A stretch of 34,731 nucleotides of DNA, taken from positions 1 to 34,731 of the forward strand of contig DASTOV010000163.1 in NCBI GenBank assembly GCA_035720125.1, given 5' to 3'. The notes beneath the pieces are model-generated. The model worked only from the letters and a program-made list of their open reading frames with translations, was not told the DNA's origin and did not search any database. This document shows positions 17,538 through 24,553 of the stretch, piece by piece. Within the stretch, counting starts at the first letter, position 1. Each line of letters opens with the position of its first letter. The translations under genes were made by a program, and so were the position numbers. This DNA comes from Sphingomicrobium sp. (lineage in GTDB: Bacteria; Pseudomonadota; Alphaproteobacteria; Sphingomonadales; Sphingomonadaceae).

Positions 17538-18035
17538 TTAGCGGATGCGATAATAGTCCGCCACACGATCCAGCGCGATGCCGAGCACCAGTTTTCCGGC
17601 CCTTGCCGGCCAGCCAAGCGCCGTTTCGGCCTCGCGCATGCCGTCGCCTCCGCACACCACCCGCCACAATATGTCCGCGAGGCCCGGTCCGGCGCCGGCC
17701 ACCGCTTCCTCGAACCTGCGCTTGGCGTCGAGTTGCGCCCCGCTCAGGTCGGTGGCACCGACGGAGCCGCCGCGGCTCCGGGCGACCGGCGCTGCGTCCC
17801 ATGACATGGTCACGCGCGGCGCCAGCCTGGCTCGTTCCCAGTCGATGCGCAGCCGCTCGCCGGCGTCATATTGCCGGCGGCTGACATGGCCACGCGCGAA
17901 CAGCCAGCCCAGCGGACTCTCAGCCTGGTTCATGGTGACGGACCGGGCCGGTCGCGCCTTGCCGCGTCCCGGCGCGTCGCCGTCAACTGCTCGTTCGATC
18001 AGTAGGCGGGATTGGGCCATTGGTCGGTCGGGCAT
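17538..18035 (-). CDS. DUF6456-type HTH protein (GafA C-terminal / GafZ-like)
   Basis: ESPLGWL...AGERLR.DW....PRVTMSWD...GPGLADIL.RV.C...AE..LGWPARAGKLVL..AL.R.A.YY; GGAGGAG RBS before ATG 18035. Confidence 0.75.
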   Translation of the reverse strand: MPDRPMAQSRLLIERAVDGDAPGRGKARPARSVTMNQAESPLGWLFARGHVSRRQYDAGERLRIDWERARLAPRVTMSWDAAPVARSRGGSVGATDLSGAQLDAKRRFEEAVAGAGPGLADILWRVVCGGDGMREAETALGWPARAGKLVLGIALDRVADYYRIR

Positions 18036-18136
18036 TATCGGCTCCTCCATTTCGATTCGCTTTTCTCTTGCCACAGAGGAGAAACTGTAGGACAGCACAA
18101 AACCACATTGGTTAGTTATCGGGCTGGGGCAAAGCC

Positions 18137-18700
18137 ATGATTACCCGAATTCGCGAAGTTCGACGCGCACGCGGCATGACATTGGACGACGTGGCGAAAG
18201 CCTGCGTCCCGCCGACCACGCCGCAGACCATCGGTCGGCTGGAAACCGGTACCCGCACGGTTTCCGTCGGTTGGCTCAATCGCATTGCCGTCGCGCTTGG
18301 CGTCGACGCCGCCGACCTGGTCGACCATCCCGATCGCGGCGAATTGCCGGTCGTCGCGATACTGGGCGCCAATGGCCCCACCGCCCCCAAACGTCAGGCG
18401 CTGGTCGTCCCGCCACGCCCGGCCGGCGGGCAGATCGCGATGACCGTGTCCGCCAGCATCGGCGACTATCGGGCCGGTGACGAAATCTGGTGCGAGAGGC
18501 TGGCTCCGGAAGACTATGCCCACGCCCTCAACCGCGACGTGCTGGTTCCCCGCCCCGCCGGCCGCTTCCTGTTCGGCCGTCTGATCGGGCGGGAGGATGG
18601 CAAGCTGCATTTGCTTCCACCCGGCGCTGGCGGGCGACAAAGCGTCGTCGCCGATCCGCCCTGGGCTGCCGTCGCGGTCCGGCTGGTGCGGGCGCTGTAG
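18137..18700 (+). CDS. XRE-family HTH regulator with S24/LexA-like C-terminal fold
   Basis: IREVRRARGMTLDDVA...TIGRLETG HTH; beta-rich C-terminal domain (Y.AGD.I, DVLV). Confidence 0.85.
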   Translation: MITRIREVRRARGMTLDDVAKACVPPTTPQTIGRLETGTRTVSVGWLNRIAVALGVDAADLVDHPDRGELPVVAILGANGPTAPKRQALVVPPRPAGGQIAMTVSASIGDYRAGDEIWCERLAPEDYAHALNRDVLVPRPAGRFLFGRLIGREDGKLHLLPPGAGGRQSVVADPPWAAVAVRLVRAL

Positions 18701-18727
18701 CGGCCGCTTTCGACCCATTGCGGACAT
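18700..18727 (+). repeat. 28-bp site R6 (GCGGCCGCTTT CGACCC ATTGCGGACAT)
   Basis: Same family and orientation as R1-R5; first base overlaps the XRE stop codon. Confidence 0.9.
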
Positions 18728-18730
18728 TGG

Positions 18731-18836
18731 CCCCTCCCCTCGATGGGGAGGGGTTGGGGTGGGGTGATGCTGGGCATGAAACGCTGCGGAAGCGGAAAAT
18801 CACCCCCACCTGGCCTCCCCCATCAAGGGGGAGGGA
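18731..18836. repeat. G/C-run palindromic doublet (two inverted hairpin units)
   Basis: 18731-18768 CCCCTCCCC-TCGAT-GGGGAGGGG..GGGGTGAT and inverted 18799-18836 ATCACCCC..CCTCCCCC-ATCAA-GGGGGAGG. Confidence 0.85.
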
Positions 18837-18909
18837 TTTGCGCCGAGTTCGTTGGGATGACGAAAACGGAAGCGCGGCCCGCTCACCCCGCCGGGGAGAG
18901 GGATTTTGA

Positions 18910-18937
18910 GCGTCCGCCTTCCATCCAAGGCAGACAT
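18910..18937 (+). repeat. 28-bp site R7 (GCGTCCGCCTT CCATCC AAGGCAGACAT), degenerate
   Basis: Ungapped alignment to R5 and R6 with several substitutions. Confidence 0.7.
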
Positions 18938-18999
18938 CAGGAACAACGACACTTGCCCTGATCAAAGTGGCGTGGCATCGGCGCGCAACCGCGATGCGC

Positions 19000-19075
19000 G
19001 GGCGCTTAGCTCAGTTGGTAGAGCATCTCGTTTACACCGAGAGGGTCGGCGGTTCGAGCCCGTCAGCGCCCACCA
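19000..19075 (+). tRNA. tRNA-Val(TAC)
   Basis: 76-nt cloverleaf: GGGCGCT/AGCGCCC acceptor, TCTCG-TTTACAC-CGAGA anticodon arm, GGTTCGAG T-arm, encoded CCA. Confidence 0.98.
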
Positions 19076-19165
19076 GTTTCGATTGGTGACCCGCTGGCCG
19101 GTTTTCGCGCTCTCTTCGCGCTGCCTCCCGGTTCCTATCGAAACCGCTCGGCTGCGCTCGGGCGC

Positions 19166-20089
19166 TCAAACCGCCGCGACCTTCCCCACTTCCCCGAAAT
19201 AGCGCCGCATCGCCTCGCTTGCCTGCGGCGACAGCTCGACAAACACGCGGCGGCCGTCGTGCGGATCGGCCCGACGCTTGAACAGGCCGGCGTCGGTCAT
19301 CGACTTGATCCAGCGCAACGCGGTCGTCGCCGGCACCGCCGCGGCAATGCACAGCGACGAGACCGGGACCCGATGCTGCGCGATCTCCGCCTGCAGCAGG
19401 TCCAGCAACATGTCCCAGGCGGGGTCCGCAAACAGCTCTTCGTCAAAAAAGCGGGCGCGCAGCCGCCGCGCCCGGATGACCTGGCGAACCGTGTCGAGCG
19501 ACACCGGCGGCATGTCCCCGACGACTGATTCCGGCTTTTCGATCGCCGGCGCGGCCGGACCCACCGAAAGTCGTGCCAGCGTCGCCGCGATCCGGCTGAC
19601 TTCGTCCGACAATTGGCGAAGTCGGACCGAACCGGGTTCCTTGGAAATGTCATGGAGGCGATCGCCAACCGACCGCCGGGCCGTGGCGAGCGCAAGGGCG
19701 GCCACCCGGTCGGACGGCGGCGGGTCCACCAGCAGCTCGATCGACGGATGGCTGATGCGCGCCATGATCCGGTCGACAAGGGGCAGCGGCGAGGAAATGA
19801 TCGTCGGAACCTGGCCCGTGCTCGCTTCTGCCTCGACCCTGTCGAGCAGCAAATCGAGAGGTCCGCCCATGTCGCGGTCAAGCTCGACCCAGATCGCACT
19901 GGCCTGGGGCTGTATTTCGATCCGTTCGGCCGCCTCCTCGATCGGCACGGCGACCACGCGAAAGCCACCGGATTCGGCCGTGACCACGGCCCGCGCCCGC
20001 GCCTCGTCGGAAGAAGCCGCAATCAGGATTGGAGGGGGTCCGGCGAATTCGCCGAGGTCGGATGCATCCGGGCAAGCGCTCACATTCAT
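19166..20089 (-). CDS. Winged-helix (MarR-like) DNA-binding protein with N-terminal extension
   Basis: C-terminal FADPAWDMLLDL...VPATTALRWI...DPHDGRRVFVELS. Confidence 0.85.
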   Translation of the reverse strand: MNVSACPDASDLGEFAGPPPILIAASSDEARARAVVTAESGGFRVVAVPIEEAAERIEIQPQASAIWVELDRDMGGPLDLLLDRVEAEASTGQVPTIISSPLPLVDRIMARISHPSIELLVDPPPSDRVAALALATARRSVGDRLHDISKEPGSVRLRQLSDEVSRIAATLARLSVGPAAPAIEKPESVVGDMPPVSLDTVRQVIRARRLRARFFDEELFADPAWDMLLDLLQAEIAQHRVPVSSLCIAAAVPATTALRWIKSMTDAGLFKRRADPHDGRRVFVELSPQASEAMRRYFGEVGKVAAV

Positions 20090-20227
20090 CGTCAGGGAAT
20101 CCTTTGACGAAATGAACCGAGCGGGATGCTTTTAAATGCGAAACCGGAGCAATGTCAGCCCGGAATTGTCTCCGATACGAACATATCGGCTACGGGATGG
20201 TAATGGCGCCCAATTAGCTGCGCCGCC

Positions 20228-20476
20228 ATGAATCGCATCATCGATCCCCGAACCCTGAACCGCGCCCGGTGGTTCGCCGACCTTACGACCGCGCTCGTTG
20301 AAGCGGACCGCCTCCTGTCCCTGCTGGAAACCCAGGGAATCTATCCGGTTGAAATGGTCCGGCTGCGCCAGAATGTCCGGGCGGTTCGATCCGAACTGGA
20401 GCTACTCAATCAGGTTGTCCGCATCGGCAAGCGGGTCATCGAAGCACCCTGGCCCGACGTTGCAGCCGGTCGCTAG
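20228..20476 (+). CDS. Hypothetical helical protein (82 aa)
   Basis: Fills the gap between the wHTH gene and cysQ; stop overlaps the cysQ stop. Confidence 0.6.
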   Translation: MNRIIDPRTLNRARWFADLTTALVEADRLLSLLETQGIYPVEMVRLRQNVRAVRSELELLNQVVRIGKRVIEAPWPDVAAGR

Positions 20477-21315
20477 GCGCCGATCTGGGCGTCGCCATCT
20501 TCCGCGACGGGCTCCATGAACGGGCCGATCGCGGGTGCTTGCCAACCCGCGGTCGCGCAGAAACCGCGATTGAGGAATGCCGCCTTGCCATATTGAAGCG
20601 GCTTGCCATCAAGCCCGTCGACCCGCCCTCCGGCGGCAAGCAGCACGGCATGGCCTGCCGCCGTGTCCCATTCGCTGGTTGGGCTGAGGCGCGGGTAGAT
20701 GTCGGCATCGCCTTCCGCCACGACGCAGAATTTCAATGACGATCCCACCGACACATGGTCGCACAGGCCAATGGCCTCTGCGAGATAATCGTCGGTCGCC
20801 TGGTTGTAATGCGATTTGGAGGCGATCGCGGCGCGGCGTTCGCCCAGGGGCCGAGTGTGGATCGGCCGCCGCTCTCCGCCTTCCTCGACAAACGCGCCCC
20901 CAAAGTTACCGGTGCCGACGATGCCGCCCCACAATTTGCCGATCGCGGGCTGGTAGACGACGCCAAGTTTCGGGCAGCCGCCGGCAATCAGGCCAATGTT
21001 GACGGTATAATCGTCGCCGCCGCGGATGAATTCCTTGGTCCCGTCGAGCGGATCGACCAGGAAATAGGTGTCGTCATGCGCCGGGATGCGGCCTGCGGCG
21101 ACTTCCTCCTCGGCGATCACCGGAATGCCCGGCGCTGCCTCGGCCAGGGCGCGCAAAATGATCTTCTCCGCCGCCCGGTCGCAGATGGTGACGGGTGACT
21201 GGTCGCCCTTGGTTTCGACCTCGAAGCCTGCCTCGACCAACTTCAATATCTCGGCCCCCGCCGCGCGTGCGGTGGCCACCAGGGCCTCGAGGAGCTGCTT
21301 TTCATTCAAATCCAT
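20473..21315 (-). CDS. cysQ: 3'(2'),5'-bisphosphate nucleotidase CysQ
   Basis: K.D.SPVT..D, EE, LVDPLDGTKEF, GSSLKFC.VAEG.AD.YPR, WDTAAG; ATG at 21315 overlaps the upstream TGA. Confidence 0.93.
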   Translation of the reverse strand: MDLNEKQLLEALVATARAAGAEILKLVEAGFEVETKGDQSPVTICDRAAEKIILRALAEAAPGIPVIAEEEVAAGRIPAHDDTYFLVDPLDGTKEFIRGGDDYTVNIGLIAGGCPKLGVVYQPAIGKLWGGIVGTGNFGGAFVEEGGERRPIHTRPLGERRAAIASKSHYNQATDDYLAEAIGLCDHVSVGSSLKFCVVAEGDADIYPRLSPTSEWDTAAGHAVLLAAGGRVDGLDGKPLQYGKAAFLNRGFCATAGWQAPAIGPFMEPVAEDGDAQIGA

Positions 21316-21728
21316 CACCGCTCATCCTGGGTAGCAACCACACTCCGCTCATCCTGGGTAGCAACCACACTCCGCTCATCCCGATTAGCAACTATACTCC
21401 GCTCATCCTGAGTAGCCGCCGAAGGCGGCGTATCGAAGGACGAGCGAACGAAGAGCTTACGAGCGAACAACTGAATTGCCTCCCAATCGCCCCGGATCAG
21501 CGCTTCCTTCTTGGCACGAGTCCAACCCTTGATCTGCCGCTCCGCGGCAAAGGCCTGATCCCGTTCCGGGAAGTTCTGGTGCCAAACCAGCTCCACCGGG
21601 CGTCGCTTTTGAGTGTAGCCCGGCAGCAACCCGGATTGATGGGCACCGAACCGCGCCTCGAGATCATCGGTATGCCCTACGTAGTAACTGCCGTCAGAGC
21701 AGCGAAGCATGTAGGCGTAGAAGCTCAT
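21315..21728 (-). CDS. Stand-alone GIY-YIG nuclease (UPF0213/YhbQ-like) with repeat-encoded tail
   Basis: FYAYML.C.DGSYYVGHTDDL..R...H..G..GYT..RRPV.LV...E.QIKGW.R.KK.ALI. Confidence 0.92.
   Translation of the reverse strand: MSFYAYMLRCSDGSYYVGHTDDLEARFGAHQSGLLPGYTQKRRPVELVWHQNFPERDQAFAAERQIKGWTRAKKEALIRGDWEAIQLFARKLFVRSSFDTPPSAATQDERSIVANRDERSVVATQDERSVVATQDER
21318..21398. repeat. Three 27-bp tandem units derived from the outer arm of the flanking palindrome
   Basis: CCGCTCATCCTGGGTAGCAACCACACT x2, then CCGCTCATCCCGATTAGCAACTATACT. Confidence 0.95.
21399..21445 (+). repeat. Left structured palindrome (REP-like) of the GIY-YIG unit
   Basis: CCGCTCATCCTGAGTA-GCCGCC GAA GGCGGC-GTATCGAAGGACGAGC. 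Confidence 0.93.
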
Positions 21729-21782
21729 GCTCGTCCTTCGATACGGGGCCTCACAAGCTCGGCCCCTACTCAGGATGAGCGG
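21729..21782 (-). repeat. Right structured palindrome (REP-like), inverted copy
   Basis: Minus strand: CCGCTCATCCTGAGTA-GGGGCC GAGCTTGTGA GGCCCC-GTATCGAAGGACGAGC, directly abutting the nuclease ATG. Confidence 0.93.
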
Positions 21783-21797
21783 ACCGAGGATTTCCCA

Positions 21798-22577
21798 TCA
21801 TCTCGGCGCCATCCGGATGCCGCCGTCCAGCCGGATGCTTTCGGCATTGAGGTAGACATTCTCGACGATGAACACGGCAAGCTTGCCATACTCCTCTGCG
21901 GTGCCAAGGCGCTTCGGGAAGGGCACCTGAGCCGCCAACGCGTCCTGAACATTCTGCGGCATCATCGCCATCATCGGCGTCTTGAAGATGCCCGGCAGGA
22001 TGGTGTTGACGCGCACGCCGTCGTTCATCAGGTCGCGGGCAATCGGCAGCGCCATCGCCAGCACGCCGCCCTTCGACGCCGAATAGGCCGCCTGGCCGAT
22101 CTGCCCGTCCTCGGCCGCGACGGATGCGGTGTTGATGATCACCCCGCGCTCACCGTCCTCCAGTGGGTCGGCGGCGACCATGCCATAGGCCGAGTAGGCG
22201 ATGCAGCGGAACGAGCCGACCAGGTTGATGCCGATCGCCAGTTCGAACTGGTGCATCGGATAGCGTTTCAATTCGCCGGTCGCCTTGTCCTTGCCGACCG
22301 TCTTCACCGCATTGGCCACCCCGGCGCAGTTGACCAGGATCCGCTCCTGGCCATGGGCGGCGCGGGCCTTGTCGAACGCGGCCGCGACCTTCTCGTCGCT
22401 GGTCACGTCGACCTCGCAGAACACCCCGCCAATCTCGGCAGCGATCTTTTCGCCCTTGTCGACGTCGCGGTCGAAGATGGCGACCTTGGCGCCCTTGGCT
22501 GCCAGCGCCCGCGCGGTCGCCTCGCCCAGGCCCGATGCGCCACCGGTCACGACTGCTGCTGTTCCGTCGATTTTCAT
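21798..22577 (-). CDS. SDR, 3-hydroxyacyl-CoA dehydrogenase type II-like
   Basis: TGGASGLG, VNCAG, GERGVIINTASVAA.DGQIGQAAYSASKGG; ATG 22577 after AAGGA. Confidence 0.92.
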   Translation of the reverse strand: MKIDGTAAVVTGGASGLGEATARALAAKGAKVAIFDRDVDKGEKIAAEIGGVFCEVDVTSDEKVAAAFDKARAAHGQERILVNCAGVANAVKTVGKDKATGELKRYPMHQFELAIGINLVGSFRCIAYSAYGMVAADPLEDGERGVIINTASVAAEDGQIGQAAYSASKGGVLAMALPIARDLMNDGVRVNTILPGIFKTPMMAMMPQNVQDALAAQVPFPKRLGTAEEYGKLAVFIVENVYLNAESIRLDGGIRMAPR

Positions 22578-22589
22578 CTCTTTTCCTTT

Positions 22590-22676
22590 CGTCATCCCGG
22601 GCTTGACCCGGGATCCACCTGTTCTTTCCACCGTCGCTAGAAGGAAGGTGGACCCCGGATCAAGTCCGGGGTGACG
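22590..22676. repeat. CGTC-tagged REP-like doublet
   Basis: CGTCATCCCGGGCTTGACCCGGGATCCACCT (22590-22620) and an inverted copy (22646-22676) reading CGTCACCCCGGACTTGATCCGGGGTCCACCT. Confidence 0.92.
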
Positions 22677-22677
22677 G

Positions 22678-24549
22678 TCATTTTTCCTCGGCCTTCACCA
22701 CCGCCAGCACCGCATCGACCTGCACCTGCGCGCCGGCCTTGGCGTTCAGTTCTGCGACCACCCCGTCGAACGGCGCGATTAGCCCATGCTCCATTTTCAT
22801 GGCTTCCAGCGTCAGCAACCTTTGCCCCTTGGCAACATTTTCTCCCCGCGATACGTCGACGCTGGTCACCTTCCCCGGCATCGGCGCCATGATTGCGCCA
22901 TCGGCAATACCGTGGCCGACGCTGCCGCGCGACGAACGGTCGAACTCATAGGCCTGGCCCTCGTAAAACACGACCACCCGCTCATCGTCGCGGAAGCCGG
23001 AAACGGCCGCCATTGGCTGGTCATCGTCGAGCTCGATGCGCCGGAACTGACCCGTACGACCCAGCGCGACACCAGTATTGGCCGGCCCGTTCAACCGAAA
23101 GCCGGAAAGCTCCGCATAGCCTTCCTCGTCCTCAGCCATCGCAACCGCGGCGGCTCCGCGCCAGATTGGGTCGTCCGGCTCGGATTCGGGCACCAGCTCG
23201 TCCAGCTTGCGCTCGATGAAGCCGGTGTCGATCCGCGCATGGACGAAATCCTCGTCGAGCACCGCATTGAACAGGAAGCCGGCGTTGGTGTGCACCGGCC
23301 AGACTTCGACTTCATCCAGGATGCTGGCAAGCTCGCCGATCGCCTCGGCGCGGTCCTCGCCCCAGGCAACAAGCTTGGCAATCATCGGGTCATAGAAAGG
23401 CGAGATGGCATCGCCCTCCTCGACCCCGGTTTCGATCCGCCCCTCATTGCCGAGATCGAAATGCTCGAGCCGTCCAACGCTCGGCAGGAAGCCCTTGGCC
23501 GGATCCTCGGCGTAAAGCCGCGCCTCGATCGCGTGGCCGTTGATCGACAGTTCGTCTTGCGTCTTGGGCAGCCTCTCACCGCTGGCGACGCGGAGCTGCC
23601 ATTCTACCAGGTCTACACCCGTGATCTCCTCGGTCACCGGATGCTCGACCTGCAGCCGTGTGTTCATTTCCATGAACCAGATGCGGTCGGCGCGGAGGCC
23701 CTCCGACGCGTCGGCGATGAACTCGATCGTCCCCGCGCCCTCGTAATTGACCGCTTTTGCCGCGCGCACCGCCGCCTGGCAAACCGCCTCGCGCGTCGCT
23801 TCGTCCATGCCCGGCGCGGGAGCTTCCTCGATCACCTTCTGGTGGCGCCGCTGCAGCGAGCAATCGCGCTCGAACAGGTGGACGACATTGCCGTGGGCAT
23901 CGCCGAAGACCTGGACCTCGATGTGGCGGGGACTAAGGATATATTTCTCGATCAGCACCCGGTCATCGCCGAAGCTCGACGCCGCCTCGCGCTTGCAGCT
24001 TTCCAGTAACTCTTTGAAATCACTTGCCTTATCGACGCGGCGCATGCCCTTGCCGCCGCCCCCTGCGACCGCCTTGATCAGCACCGGATAACCGATTGCA
24101 TCGGCCTCACTTTGAAGCCGCTGCTCAGTCTGGTCCTCGCCGTGGTAACCGGGCGTCACGGGCACACCGGCGTCGGCCATCAGCTGCTTCGCGGCATCCT
24201 TGAGGCCCATGGCCCGGATGCTGTCCGATTTTGGCCCGACCCAGATCAGGCCTGCCTCAATCACGCCCTGGGCGAAATCCGCATTCTCGCTGAGGAAGCC
24301 ATAGCCGGGGTGGATCGCCTGGGCCTTGCTCGCCTTGGCGGCGGCAATGATCTTCTCTCCGACCAGATAGCTTTCGCGCGCCGGGCTCGGGCCGATGTGC
24401 ACCGCCTCGTCGGCCATCCGTACGTGCAGCGCCTTGGAGTCGGCGTCCGAATAGACCGCGACCGTCCGGATCCCCATCTTCCGCGCGGTACGGATGATCC
24501 GGCAGGCGATTTCTCCGCGATTGGCGATGAGGAGGGATTTGATCTTCAC
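22678..24549 (-). CDS. liuD: Methylcrotonyl-CoA carboxylase alpha (biotin carboxylase + biotin carrier)
   Basis: LIANRGEIA, HPGYGFLSEN, ERDCSLQRRHQK, EAMKM; GTG start just after the beta subunit; ivd context. Confidence 0.88.
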   Translation of the reverse strand: MKIKSLLIANRGEIACRIIRTARKMGIRTVAVYSDADSKALHVRMADEAVHIGPSPARESYLVGEKIIAAAKASKAQAIHPGYGFLSENADFAQGVIEAGLIWVGPKSDSIRAMGLKDAAKQLMADAGVPVTPGYHGEDQTEQRLQSEADAIGYPVLIKAVAGGGGKGMRRVDKASDFKELLESCKREAASSFGDDRVLIEKYILSPRHIEVQVFGDAHGNVVHLFERDCSLQRRHQKVIEEAPAPGMDEATREAVCQAAVRAAKAVNYEGAGTIEFIADASEGLRADRIWFMEMNTRLQVEHPVTEEITGVDLVEWQLRVASGERLPKTQDELSINGHAIEARLYAEDPAKGFLPSVGRLEHFDLGNEGRIETGVEEGDAISPFYDPMIAKLVAWGEDRAEAIGELASILDEVEVWPVHTNAGFLFNAVLDEDFVHARIDTGFIERKLDELVPESEPDDPIWRGAAAVAMAEDEEGYAELSGFRLNGPANTGVALGRTGQFRRIELDDDQPMAAVSGFRDDERVVVFYEGQAYEFDRSSRGSVGHGIADGAIMAPMPGKVTSVDVSRGENVAKGQRLLTLEAMKMEHGLIAPFDGVVAELNAKAGAQVQVDAVLAVVKAEEK

Positions 24550-24553
24550 GGCA

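Noticed and set aside
19000-19075. Prophage or island integrated at tRNA-Val
   Set aside because: No integrase, and no duplicated tRNA 3' end was noticed in the window.
21318-21416. Mini-CRISPR reading of the 27-bp units
   Set aside because: The 9-bp intervening segments are near-identical and far too short for spacers; this is a tandem duplication.
21315-21782. Conventional IS element or intron-encoded homing endonuclease
   Set aside because: No DDE or HUH transposase motifs, no evident target-site duplication, and no host gene is interrupted.
21195-22640. 481-aa plus-strand ORF with SNHTPLILG repeats
   Set aside because: Antisense to cysQ, the nuclease and the SDR; the peptide repeats only reflect the 27-bp DNA units.
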